Shown piece by piece: positions 48,589 to 59,289 of a stretch of 64,000 bases of DNA (position 1 is its first letter; each line of letters begins with the position of its first letter). The stretch lies in IMG/VR virus record IMGVR_UViG_3300032167_005013; one strand, 5' to 3'. A program made the position numbers and the translations under genes. The DNA is from a virus. Lineage: Duplodnaviria; Heunggongvirae; Uroviricota; Caudoviricetes. The notes under the pieces are model-generated. The model saw only the letters and a program-made list of their open reading frames with translations. It ran no database searches and was not told the origin of the DNA.

Positions 48589-49773
48589 TTATTCCAAATC
48601 AACAAATTTTTGTTTTATTTTGATAGAATAAAACAACCCTATTGAGTAAAAAACAAATAATATCACAAAAAGAGCGTTATAGGATAGTCCCATTATATTG
48701 ATAATGAAATTGGATAATTGATTACCCGACAATCCAGCAAAAGCCCATGCTGATAATGTAAGCCCATGCAAGGTACTAATATTGCTCATCCCAAAATGAC
48801 TTTGAATGAGTGTTGGTAGTGTACTGAACCCACCTCCATATCCTGCATTGACAACACATAACATCATAGGAATTACAAGAGGTAAAAATGTTCCAAATAC
48901 CAATGTTAATGAAGAAGATAAAAATATTACAACATAAACCCATGCTTTATTTTTCATGAAATCAGATGCTGTTGAATAACCAAATCTTCCTACCGTATTG
49001 AAAAATGCTGTTAATGTGGCAAGTATTCCAATATTTGTGAGACCTGAGTATAAACCAATGTTTTTTTCAAATGAAATCAATGCTAAACCACATGTAATAT
49101 TAAGGTAAAAAACAAACCATATTTGACGATATGTTTTATTTTTAAAAATTTTTAGTGTCTCCCTAAAATGTGTTTTCACAACCGGTTCCACCCACCCATC
49201 AGGCTTTTTTATACAATACGTTGCCAAACCCATAAGAATTATACTAACGCCTGATATTATACCTAATGTCCATTCAACTCCCATATTGAAATTACACCAT
49301 TCAATGAACGGGGAAAATATGACTTTAGATAGGCCAAACCCCGATATTGCAATTCCTGTTGCAAGTCCTTTATGTTCTGAAAACCAAAGCATTAATGTTT
49401 TTACCGGGCTCAGATAACCAATACCCAAGCCAATGCCCATAAGACAACCGTATGATAATATAAGACCTATTCTACTTTTCAAATATATTGCTATAATTGA
49501 CAATACAAGACCTGATACAAAACATATAGTTGATAATAGTGAAGATTTTTTGACATTTTTTTCAACAAAACTCCCACCAAAAGCCGCTGACATACCTAAA
49601 AAGAAAATTGCCAACGAAAAACAAATCTCAATTGAAGCAACGCTACAGCCTATTGATGTTGCAATCTCATCTTTCAATAATGACCAACAATATACACTCC
49701 CAATACAAGAGTGTATTAATAAAGCAGGTATAGCACCTCTAAACCATTTATTATTTAATATTTCTTTCCCCAT
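48589..49773 (-). CDS. MFS transporter, oxalate/formate antiporter-like
   Basis: ~12 TM; IGSVYCWS, GIGLGIGYLSPVKTLMLWF, GYGGGF. Confidence 0.85.
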   Translation of the reverse strand: MGKEILNNKWFRGAIPALLIHSCIGSVYCWSLLKDEIATSIGCSVASIEICFSLAIFFLGMSAAFGGSFVEKNVKKSSLLSTICFVSGLVLSIIAIYLKSRIGLILSYGCLMGIGLGIGYLSPVKTLMLWFSEHKGLATGIAISGFGLSKVIFSPFIEWCNFNMGVEWTLGIISGVSIILMGLATYCIKKPDGWVEPVVKTHFRETLKIFKNKTYRQIWFVFYLNITCGLALISFEKNIGLYSGLTNIGILATLTAFFNTVGRFGYSTASDFMKNKAWVYVVIFLSSSLTLVFGTFLPLVIPMMLCVVNAGYGGGFSTLPTLIQSHFGMSNISTLHGLTLSAWAFAGLSGNQLSNFIINIMGLSYNALFVILFVFYSIGLFYSIKIKQKFVDLE

Positions 49774-50390
49774 AGTATAAATCCATAAACACAGTTAATT
49801 GTCCAAAACACATATTGCGCCACCATGAACCAATTTTCTATTGACACCCACATTGCAATGCATATTATATCTTGAATAAACCATAATATCCAATTTTCCT
49901 TATATCTTAACATCATCAAAATCTGTGCCAAAATACCTAAGACAGTAGTGATGCTGTCAAACATAGGATGTGAATCCCCTAAATTATCAAGAATAGCCCA
50001 TCCCATGATGGTTAATCCGACTACAACTCCAAATACCCCAAGTATTGAATGGAAATCCAATGATTTTGTTTTTACAAGTTTTTCATCATCAAGGTTTTTC
50101 AACCATATGAAAATACCGGTAATCATTGTAAGAAAATAGAAAAGATTTTCAATGATTTTTCCATGAAGACCCTCCTGTACGCAAATTATCGTATATGTAC
50201 TCATCTGTAGAAAAGACCAAAAGTAGTAAGTCATTTTCTTTTCACTACACTGTACAACGGATATCATGCCAGCAATACCACTTACAAATGATAAAAAACT
50301 GTCCTTAGTGACTATATATACAATCACCTGAGACAACAAACCACATGCAAGCAGCATCGAACCAAAGTCAATTTTCCTTCTTATCTCCAC
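49755..50390 (-). CDS. pnuC: PnuC-family vitamin transporter
   Basis: DSITTVLGILAQILMMLRYKENWILW..YGFILW. Confidence 0.85.
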   Translation of the reverse strand: MEIRRKIDFGSMLLACGLLSQVIVYIVTKDSFLSFVSGIAGMISVVQCSEKKMTYYFWSFLQMSTYTIICVQEGLHGKIIENLFYFLTMITGIFIWLKNLDDEKLVKTKSLDFHSILGVFGVVVGLTIMGWAILDNLGDSHPMFDSITTVLGILAQILMMLRYKENWILWFIQDIICIAMWVSIENWFMVAQYVFWTINCVYGFILWGKKY

Positions 50391-50606
50391 TTCTCAAAAT
50401 CTTCCGGATATTCAACATAAACCCATGCCCAAACATCGTCAATGATAAAATCAATATCGGGTTCGGGAAAATTATAAAAGGCTTTTCTTCCTTTTTCCTC
50501 AGAGTAAATACCATAATAGAACCAACTGCCGTCACGAGTAAAAAGAACCCGCTGCCCCTCATAAGGAACTTCTTCCTCAGTCAGGAACCATGTCAAATGT
50601 GTAACA

Positions 50607-51692
50607 CTATTCATCGTTAAATTTTTTAATAAATTTCTCTGCTTTGTTTCGTTTTTCCATGTATTTTTTACGTCGGAATTCATTGGTTTTTTCAATGTTT
50701 TCCCTTATCTTGTCATTATGCTTCCTGCATTTCTCATAGGTATTTAATTCTCTTGCCCAATCTTCAATCGAAGCCGCAGAAATATCTTTCTTTATTGCCT
50801 TGTACCCATCATAAGGTGAAAGAATGTCGACAGTATCATCAATGATATATTCCCAATCCCATCCGTTATTGTTTGAAAATTTTATATTGAACCAATTATC
50901 TGTTTCGGATTCAACATTACCGTTCGCACGTGGATTTACAGCAAGTTCCTCAAGTGTATTTCCTATCCAACCCTGACCATTCCTATGATAACCGTTCATT
51001 GTAAGGAAATCAATAGACGATTTATCATTGAATTTATAACCTGTTTTCAATGTCAAGGCCTGTGAACTATTAAAACCGAAATCTCTAAAACCCGCTGTCT
51101 GCTGATGTCCTGCCCTTACATGTAATCCCCATCCATTCTGAGGAAGCATATTATATACTGCAGTTGCCTTAAATGAATTAAAACTACCGCCACCAAAATA
51201 AACATATGAGTCCTGTGGTTTATGAATATTGACCGATTCCAAAAGGATTCCTCCGGCCACACCCGCAATTCCATTATATGATGAAGCAGTACCCTTTTCT
51301 ACCCTAACTGTCTGCATCGAAGACAAAAGGTCAGGACTGTTAGCAAAATAAGCACCATAGTCCTCAGCCTCATTCCATGGGCAACCATCAAGAGATACAT
51401 TTATACGGGTTTGGTCAAGTCCTCTGATTCTAAAGTAACCGTAACCAAATTCTGTACCATTGTCATTCAATGAAATAATTGATGGCATCTTACTAAAAAC
51501 ATTTGATGGTTCCTGTCCGTAATTGGTTTCAGTAAGCGTTTTAATATCAACTACCGAACTTACTGTTGTTGAACTACTATAAAATGAAGATACGACAATT
51601 TCGTCAAGCGCCACAACCGTAGTATCTGATTCCTGTGCAAACGTAATAATCGCAATAAATGCAGAAATAAATGCCAAAATAAATTTTCTCAT
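50607..51692 (-). pseudogene. TonB-dependent receptor N-terminal part fused to an unrelated phage ORF
   Basis: Signal peptide, LDEIVVS box, plug motif FRIRGLDQTRINVSLDG. The barrel stops at ~50890 and the tail resembles 47198-47611. Confidence 0.75.
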
Positions 51693-51856
51693 ATTTTTTT
51701 TAATTTAAAATGTTCGATTGCAAATATACAAATATTATGCCAAACTAACAAAAAATATGAAAATTATTTGAACAGAGTTTGTCGTTTACTTGTCTTATAA
51801 CTATTTATAGTTATAAGACAAGTGTTTATATTAATAAAAATAACAATATATATTAT

Positions 51857-52447
51857 ATGGCAACCGGAGCAACTAACGGTATTCCTACCGCAAGAGAATT
51901 AGAAAATACAGGCGCATTTTCTTTCAATACAACAAACGCAAATGTTTTATCATATGTTCCGAGTTTGGATATGTGTCCAACAAGACAAACAATCTTGGCT
52001 GCTATAAAAAGTGGTTATGGGGCGGAAATTTCAACAACCTATAGTAATGGGCGACTTGTGCCTTACAATGCAATACAATGGCAGAAAAATGTTGGTAAAC
52101 TAACCATATCCTTGCTAAATACGCCTCCGTATAGTCTCAATGATTATATGATGATACCAATCAAGTATTCAACAAATACTTCTTACCTACCATCAAAATA
52201 CAGCGATTTAAATTCTTTATCGAATTTGAGTGGTGCATTGATAAATACGTTTACTAACACCAGTGTGACAATATATTCTCCTTCATGGAGTGCATATACA
52301 CAAAATATTAGAATTTATTATTCATGGGAAACATTTTCCACCCAGTCCATTTATCTTTACGGAAACGTAACGTCAGCTCAATTATCTTCTTTAAAAAATG
52401 GAACTAACATTACTATAACCGGTTATTGGACAACAAATATTGGCTAA
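51857..52447 (+). CDS. T/S/N-rich protein, possibly virion-associated
   Basis: Amino-acid composition; TATTTATA motif upstream. Confidence 0.5.
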   Translation: MATGATNGIPTARELENTGAFSFNTTNANVLSYVPSLDMCPTRQTILAAIKSGYGAEISTTYSNGRLVPYNAIQWQKNVGKLTISLLNTPPYSLNDYMMIPIKYSTNTSYLPSKYSDLNSLSNLSGALINTFTNTSVTIYSPSWSAYTQNIRIYYSWETFSTQSIYLYGNVTSAQLSSLKNGTNITITGYWTTNIG

Positions 52448-52525
52448 ATTAAAAAACACATTTTTACTTACTTATTATATACTTACACACGAAAAAACGG
52501 GATGTGTCGTGAGACACATCCCGTT

Positions 52526-52993
52526 TTATAATTTCCAATATTCAATATCAATGTCCATATCCTTAAAAACTGCTTCAACCATGCTGCAGATTACCTGCCA
52601 ATCAGCACCACCCCTATCAGAACTCATCTTCCAAGGAAATGCAACTGATTTGATTCCGTTTTCGGCGCAATAGACACTCAATTTTTCCAACGCAACATAT
52701 ATTCCCTCATAGTTGGTATATCGTTTTCTATCATACCCATATTTTTCCTGGCCACAAAGGTTTGCTACCAATCTGTTATCATCACCTCCGGGGTTTGTTT
52801 TCACAATTTGGCACATACCCAATTTCATTAAACCTTTCTTACACGCCTTATGATATTGTTCAGCAACACGTGGATACTTTTCCTTAATTGCCCTTGCAAC
52901 CCCACTTCCAAATCCATCGGATGCATTTGTTTGATGAGCAATTATATCTGCTTCTGAATCCAATAAACTGCCGTTATAAATATTCTCCTTCAT
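52526..52993 (-). CDS. Macro-domain protein
   Basis: DIIAHQTN..GFGSGVARAIKEKYP, VANLCGQ, AFPWKMSSDRGGADW. Confidence 0.85.
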   Translation of the reverse strand: MKENIYNGSLLDSEADIIAHQTNASDGFGSGVARAIKEKYPRVAEQYHKACKKGLMKLGMCQIVKTNPGGDDNRLVANLCGQEKYGYDRKRYTNYEGIYVALEKLSVYCAENGIKSVAFPWKMSSDRGGADWQVICSMVEAVFKDMDIDIEYWKL

Positions 52994-53057
52994 ATTCTTA
53001 AATTTTTAATCATATCGCAAATATACAAAAAAGGTTTGGATTTGCCAAACCTTTTAA

Positions 53058-54008
53058 CTAATCTTTCTTCTCAGCAAAATCCTTAGGGAGATACCCTCTA
53101 TTAATGAATTCATCCATCAATGGTACAGCCAATTCTGCAGCCTGTGGATGGGGTTTTCCTGTTGTACCAAGAGCTCTCAAATTGAAGAAATTTTTCCAAT
53201 CACTAATAAATGCAGTTTTAATAAGAGGTGAAGAAATTGCACAAGGTAAAACAGTTCTTGCCTCTTCAGCCTTCCATCCAAACTGATTTGTTAGCGTACA
53301 ATACGACCATTCACATGCTTTCAATGCAAACATCCAAGCACACACATCATCCATTGGTCCTACCCCATATTCAAAATCAATTACGCATCTACAAAAATCA
53401 TTTATACTATAATCCTTAAGAGTATTGATTTCATCTATTCTATCAAGCATCCATACAGGAATGATATACTTAATAGAACCACCACCAAACTTCTCTTTTG
53501 TGAATAGCACATATCTTGTACTCTCCCTATTGAACGATGCAACTCTGTGGCGTAGGAACTCTTCACCTGTAAACCTGTCAATTTGAAACCTTACCTGATA
53601 TCTTCTCTCATGAAACTCAGTGGGTTCACACCAATATTTCAAGTCATCCATCCAACCATTCTCAAAAAGAACTCGGAGATTGGTGGTTACATACATATAA
53701 TCATTGTCTGATGTACACTTAGAATATTTATTATGTTGATATTTGTCAAGGACACAACCAAGATATTCAATATCAATATTATTCACATAATCATAATCAA
53801 GTGGCGCTTTAAGATATACTGTACCATGTTCTAGTGGTGCCCCATGATTAGATTTCATCAATCCATTGCAAAACTTCTCTGCAGTTCCCGGAGCCATCTT
53901 ATCCTGAGAACCATAACATATTCTTCCCGGGAGTTCCGCTGCTTTATACATACCCTCAAGACCCGGCTCCTGTTCAATAATTTCAAATCCTGCTACTAAA
54001 AATTCCAT
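53058..54008 (-). CDS. thyX: FAD-dependent thymidylate synthase
   Basis: GRICYGS, HGAPLEH, EFLRHRVASFNRESTRY, EARTVLP, FFNLR..HPQ. Confidence 0.92.
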   Translation of the reverse strand: MEFLVAGFEIIEQEPGLEGMYKAAELPGRICYGSQDKMAPGTAEKFCNGLMKSNHGAPLEHGTVYLKAPLDYDYVNNIDIEYLGCVLDKYQHNKYSKCTSDNDYMYVTTNLRVLFENGWMDDLKYWCEPTEFHERRYQVRFQIDRFTGEEFLRHRVASFNRESTRYVLFTKEKFGGGSIKYIIPVWMLDRIDEINTLKDYSINDFCRCVIDFEYGVGPMDDVCAWMFALKACEWSYCTLTNQFGWKAEEARTVLPCAISSPLIKTAFISDWKNFFNLRALGTTGKPHPQAAELAVPLMDEFINRGYLPKDFAEKKD

Positions 54009-54113
54009 ATCCTGTTTTCTTTTTTATTTTATCTTTTGACCCAAACACAATGGGAACAATCAATATCAGCGCAAAACAAATTGTACAACCGAATAATATT
54101 AAACCGTCTATCA

Positions 54114-54986
54114 TCATTTTATAAACCAATCTGTTTTTTCTAATTTAATGTGTTCGTGGTAATAAAGCATTGCGTTTTTCTCAATATATTTCAATGCTAT
54201 CTTGGATTTTCGTTCAATAAAGGTAAACATACGGTCCAAACCATCTTCATCAAAATCAAAGCCCCAATATTGCAAAACAAATAAAATAGCATGAGTTCTA
54301 TTTCTTGCTTCAGGCAAAATTTTATATAATGCAGTATAATATCTTTGAAATGGTTCGGAACTTTTCAAGGCCTCAATAAAAGTATCTCTATCATAACTCC
54401 CTTTCTCCCTAACATAATTTTCAATATGAGGTGTTGTTTCAGAAATTATAGCCTTCATTTCTTTTTCATGGCAAGCATATAGTGCCTGCACAAATTGGTA
54501 TGCAATATCATTATTCTTATAATCGTTAAGAAAAACAACGCATTGGTTATACCATAAAGGAAGAGGATTTACCAAATTTTTACCGCCCTTCTCATTGTAT
54601 TTCGCCTGATTCAATATCACATAACCATGATTCAACTCATGAACAGCAATGTGATATATTGTCTGTTCCAACTTATCATAACTTTGTTTCAATATATCAT
54701 TTCTTGATATAAAGAATTTAATTCCCACAGTATCATCATTAACACCATTAAATGTCCCTGATGTCGGACGCATATCTATCATCATGTCCCGATAATTCAC
54801 ATCATCTTCCGAATATTCAATAGTAATAATATATTTTTTAAATTGACAGTCTGTTTGTGTGTCGAAAACGCCATTTCTATGATGTGATTTAATCATAGAA
54901 ACAGCTTTTTCTGCAATTTCTTTCGCTAAATTATATTGATTGGAAAACTCCCCTAACGCTTCGTTGATAACCTCCAATTGTGTCAT
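54114..54986 (-). CDS. HExxH zincin-motif protein
   Basis: AVHELNHGY; N-terminal INE motif. Confidence 0.5.
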   Translation of the reverse strand: MTQLEVINEALGEFSNQYNLAKEIAEKAVSMIKSHHRNGVFDTQTDCQFKKYIITIEYSEDDVNYRDMMIDMRPTSGTFNGVNDDTVGIKFFISRNDILKQSYDKLEQTIYHIAVHELNHGYVILNQAKYNEKGGKNLVNPLPLWYNQCVVFLNDYKNNDIAYQFVQALYACHEKEMKAIISETTPHIENYVREKGSYDRDTFIEALKSSEPFQRYYTALYKILPEARNRTHAILFVLQYWGFDFDEDGLDRMFTFIERKSKIALKYIEKNAMLYYHEHIKLEKTDWFIK

Positions 54987-55021
54987 ATCATTTAATTTTG
55001 AGCAAAAATATGGAAAAAATA

Positions 55022-55768
55022 TTATTTTTCCAAATCAATTTCTTCTCTAAACATAATTTTCCTATACTCGACAATCCCATCAGTCACCACTATATAGTAA
55101 TTAGGAAGAAGGTCGTTAACATAAATCCCCTCTTCATTGCCTAATTTCATAAATTCATCAAATTTTTCAGCCCAAACAACCGTATGTCCCACAACCTGTT
55201 TGTACCCCTCAAGTTTACTCTTGCTTAATGCATTTGGCCTTATCCATATCGGTGAATTTGAAATAGTATCCCCCTCTTCACTGTAACCCACATGACAGTT
55301 CCAAGCAAGAAGTCTTGTATCGAACTCAGGTCCGTTGATTTCTTCTAATGTATCCACGTTACATAGTTCTTCAAACCACCATTTTGAAACACCTGCATGT
55401 GAATAAAGAACACCATCTTCAATGTGAAGAATCTTCATTTTTCCTGATTTTAGTGCATCTACCAGTAACTCATGAGCATTAAAGTAAGTGACCTGATTAT
55501 ACCCGCTGTATTTTTCTCTATAATCATAATAATGAAAATCATGATTTCCTAACAGCAATATAACCCTATCCTCGCCCAATTCTTTTTGGAGTTTCAATAT
55601 CTCTTTGAAATTAAAAATCTGCCTTGCCGGATGATATTTCTTTTCATGGGAATCAAAATAGTCCCCTAAAAAAATAAATTTATCCGCATCAGGATTCTCA
55701 TCAACTATTTTCCTCCATATTGCACGGCCATGTATATCACCTATAGCAACTATCTTACTCATAATCAA
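55022..55768 (-). CDS. calcineurin-like metallophosphoesterase
   Basis: GDIHG, GDYFD, GNHD, SHAG, VGHT. Confidence 0.9.
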   Translation of the reverse strand: MIMSKIVAIGDIHGRAIWRKIVDENPDADKFIFLGDYFDSHEKKYHPARQIFNFKEILKLQKELGEDRVILLLGNHDFHYYDYREKYSGYNQVTYFNAHELLVDALKSGKMKILHIEDGVLYSHAGVSKWWFEELCNVDTLEEINGPEFDTRLLAWNCHVGYSEEGDTISNSPIWIRPNALSKSKLEGYKQVVGHTVVWAEKFDEFMKLGNEEGIYVNDLLPNYYIVVTDGIVEYRKIMFREEIDLEK

Positions 55769-56109
55769 TTATATATGTTTAAAATTTGCGATTTGCAAAT
55801 CGCGAATTCATTTATACAAAATACCTTGCAAACCATTCTTTGTCATTAACAATGACCTTTAGATATTTCTCGCCATCCTCAGTCTGAAACGCATTTTCAA
55901 TGCCACGAACCTTTTTTAGAGGAAGATAATTCCTGTCAAGATGCTTTTCAATTGATTTTAATTTCTCCTCAATGGAAAGCCCATCATAATCGGCCTTATA
56001 ATGGCAAAAATAAGTCATTTTAGGCGTTTTCTTTACAAAGTGGACTAACTCTTCGTCTGAAAGATTTAAAGCCTTTTTAGGGCCCTTTTTGTAAGGATAT
56101 GACTTATCA

Positions 56110-56430
56110 TCAGTCTTGGCTGGTAGAACAAATATCCCGAACATAAGAATCTTTTTTATACATAACGGTGGAATCAGTTGGCGTAAAAACGCCATCTTTC
56201 CAAGTTCCTTCAATCTTTAATTCTGTTTTACCTTCATATACTTCCAATGCGGTAGGATTATTGATATGATAAATTAGCACCGAAAGCGATAAGGCGAACA
56301 ATATTAATCCTAATATTATTAAATGAGGGACAGCGCTGTTCCCTTTTTTTTCTTCGTATATACCGTGACTGCCTATGAACACTGTTGATAGGCTACCCAA
56401 AAATGCTAAAAAGATTATAAATGTCAACAT
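56110..56430 (-). CDS. small membrane protein
   Basis: Two TMs; PTALEVYEGKTEL. Confidence 0.6.
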   Translation of the reverse strand: MLTFIIFLAFLGSLSTVFIGSHGIYEEKKGNSAVPHLIILGLILFALSLSVLIYHINNPTALEVYEGKTELKIEGTWKDGVFTPTDSTVMYKKDSYVRDICSTSQD

Positions 56431-56556
56431 AATATTATTGGTTTTTAAATAAACAAATATATTCCACAGCCAAGCATTACAATACCCGCCATAATAGTCA
56501 TGAATAACACAAAATGTAATGAGAAACCACTGTGTGGTGACTCAGTAAGAGCACTT

Positions 56557-56624
56557 GTCAACGTGCCATGCCAAAGGGTTTCACCCTTTGCTCAAGCACC
56601 CTCCTTTAGGTGGGTGTAGTTGAC
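56557..56624. mobile_element. Miniature IS200/IS605-type end remnant, copy 2
   Basis: gtcaac...caagcaccctcctttaggtgggtgtagttgac; similar to 22248-22317. Confidence 0.55.
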
Positions 56625-56654
56625 ATACTCTCTTAACTAATTCAAGCATACTTT

Positions 56655-57569
56655 TTAATATAAATCTTCTGAAAATAATTTACTCTTTTGACTTTTAATC
56701 TGTCCGGCTGTATATGCAATTTTCGCTGCTTCCTCTCGGCTGACAAACCGCCCTTTCGATGTATAGAAACCCTGCGAATACAAACCATCTTCCAATTCCT
56801 CACCAAATCTCCAAATTATGTCATGATGACGATAACCAAGTTCAATATTTATAAGGTCATTTGTCCCCTCATGATATGGGTTATCACAATTTCTTCTCTC
56901 ATTTCTTTTAATTGCGCTGCAGAGAATCCACTCCACATCCTTATCATGGTTATAAATGTTATTCAACTCAGATACAGCAATATCATAGACTGCATGCCAT
57001 TCGGGACGGAGCCACTCTTTCCAAAAGGCATGGTATTTTCTCTCGCCATATTTCTTGGTATGCTGTGTCATTGTACCCATCTGCTTGATACATTCTTTCA
57101 GGTCACCGGCATCAACACCACTAAGATATTCCATCATGAATTCATAATATTCATCCTCATGGTATTTATCCTCAGTGTCAAGAGGTATTTCAAGATAGAA
57201 AGAAAGTGCTATACCAAACGCAACAATGGAAAAATGGCCTTTTCTTTCAAAACACGGGTTATCATATTTCCACTTACTTGCAAAATCGAAGTTAATAATT
57301 CTAAACGTCATCCAATCAGGTAATCTGATTCTTATCGACTTATCAGGGAAAGACGGGAAGAATTTCCTCATTTTCATTACGAACTTCGGGTCATACTCAT
57401 ATTCAAAAGTCTCTCTGTTAAGATACCTGTGTTTGGTAAACAAATCGAACGAGAACGGTGGTATATAAAACGGTTGTCTCGACATTCTGCCGAACATCAT
57501 CTTAAGTTTTGGACGAACCAAAATATGCTTAACCTTATTGAAGGTATTATATAATTTAATCTTCCCCAT
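56655..57569 (-). CDS. phage protein with a C-terminal GxRH..QGF..GRF..REEA..LFSEDLY domain
   Basis: Recognisable phage C-terminal motif. Confidence 0.7.
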   Translation of the reverse strand: MGKIKLYNTFNKVKHILVRPKLKMMFGRMSRQPFYIPPFSFDLFTKHRYLNRETFEYEYDPKFVMKMRKFFPSFPDKSIRIRLPDWMTFRIINFDFASKWKYDNPCFERKGHFSIVAFGIALSFYLEIPLDTEDKYHEDEYYEFMMEYLSGVDAGDLKECIKQMGTMTQHTKKYGERKYHAFWKEWLRPEWHAVYDIAVSELNNIYNHDKDVEWILCSAIKRNERRNCDNPYHEGTNDLINIELGYRHHDIIWRFGEELEDGLYSQGFYTSKGRFVSREEAAKIAYTAGQIKSQKSKLFSEDLY

Positions 57570-57801
57570 ATATTATCTGACCAACAAAAATATTATAAAT
57601 GCAATAAAGAAACAAATGCCACATCCTTTGTAATATTTTATTGCAGTATCATCATCGACATAAGTATCAAAAGAGGAGTGAATTAGGCCAATAAAAAAAA
57701 AATACCCAACCAAGCATAAAAATAAAAAAAACCATAATTTTTCGTTTAAATTTTTTTTAAAAATTAATACTCAATTTTACTACAAATACCGTGCCAAACT
57801 A

Positions 57802-58728
57802 TTAAAATGCCTCATCCTCCACATCATCATCATTATCATCACTATAATGACATAATATAGATTTTTCGATGAATTTCACCATTTCCTCATAATAAGGGAG
57901 TGATGTCTTATAGTGAGTTTGTTGTGTTCCATATACATGATATCCAAAACACCATTGGTGATGCACAAATACGTTAACAAACGTCAGAAAATCTATATAA
58001 TTAGATTTTAACTCGGTGCAGAGTTTTTTAGTTTCATCATCACTGTTATACACTGCAAGAGCCGATGATTCATCAAAACCATCATAAATCCCCCAAAAGG
58101 AAAGTGGATATATAAACCCCGGCTTTACCGAAATAATACGTCTTGAATCATTATAATCCAATCCTGCATTATAAACATTAAATTCATTATCACCCAATCC
58201 CCAACATTTCTTATCACCTATAAGAGCAAAGGTTTTATCAATTGACATATTAAAATCAAATGTCGCAGGCATCAATTTTTTGATTGTTTCGTACATGAAA
58301 CGATGGTCCATGGTGAAAACGATATCATATATCTGTTCAAATTCACTACCCATCGTAAATCTCGACTGCATGTCATGAATTTTAGTACAAATATCATTAT
58401 ATGTCTTTATATCATCCTCTTTCATGTAACGACCCGCCATTTCATCGTCAACAATTCTCAGAACCTTTTCAATATCATGTCCAAAAAAACGTTCTATCGC
58501 AGCAACATTCTCATCTCTTATGATATTTTCTATATTTCCATAATCATTATATGTTCCGAATATAGGGAGGGCAATAGGGGTAAATACTGTACCTGGCGCA
58601 AATTTAAATGTGTCTGGTAAAACAGTCTTATTCTTATATCTCGGCTTTACCCCAAGAAAAAGCACAACATCATCATAACATACAATTGGTAGGTGGGTAT
58701 GGAAACCCATAACATTAAAACACCCCAT
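57802..58728 (-). CDS. hypothetical protein (MGCFN..PIFGTYNDYG)
   Basis: 308 aa ORF. Confidence 0.75.
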   Translation of the reverse strand: MGCFNVMGFHTHLPIVCYDDVVLFLGVKPRYKNKTVLPDTFKFAPGTVFTPIALPIFGTYNDYGNIENIIRDENVAAIERFFGHDIEKVLRIVDDEMAGRYMKEDDIKTYNDICTKIHDMQSRFTMGSEFEQIYDIVFTMDHRFMYETIKKLMPATFDFNMSIDKTFALIGDKKCWGLGDNEFNVYNAGLDYNDSRRIISVKPGFIYPLSFWGIYDGFDESSALAVYNSDDETKKLCTELKSNYIDFLTFVNVFVHHQWCFGYHVYGTQQTHYKTSLPYYEEMVKFIEKSILCHYSDDNDDDVEDEAF

Positions 58729-58733
58729 AATCT

Positions 58734-59135
58734 TTAAATTGAAGTTCCTATTTCTTTTCTTTTATTACAATCGTAACCATATACAGTCAATGACGAATCG
58801 GTTTCGGGGCACCATTTACCATAGTCGACTGATGCCTGAAGGTCATCCACACCGAACGCCACCTCTTGTATTTCATGGTTTTCCTTTTCCCTGCAGAAAT
58901 CAACAACCGTCTGAACAAGTCTTTCATGAAGTTCTGTAATATCATCGGAAGTTGTTACAGGATTTGGATAATGTTCTTCATCTTTCTTTGCCCGCAGAAC
59001 AACAGTCTTAGGGTCAACTTCATACCAAGCGTATCTATCATATAGATATGCGTAGCCATCGACAAAATTGATTCCTGTACCTACAATTTTCTCACCGTTT
59101 TCGAGTTTTTTCGCTCTTACAATTAGTTCAGTCAT
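58734..59135 (-). CDS. hypothetical protein, YopX-like N-terminus
   Basis: RAKKLENGEKIVG..EVDPKTV. Confidence 0.55.
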   Translation of the reverse strand: MTELIVRAKKLENGEKIVGTGINFVDGYAYLYDRYAWYEVDPKTVVLRAKKDEEHYPNPVTTSDDITELHERLVQTVVDFCREKENHEIQEVAFGVDDLQASVDYGKWCPETDSSLTVYGYDCNKRKEIGTSI

Positions 59136-59289
59136 AATATATTATACAGTTTTTTTGCTTTATTATACGCATACCATATAATAATGCAAAATTATTTTCA
59201 TCTGCAAATATACAAAAATTATGCCAAACTAACAAAAAAAAATAAAAAGAAAAGGGACCTGCTGTGAAGCACATCCCGTTTATTTTTTA

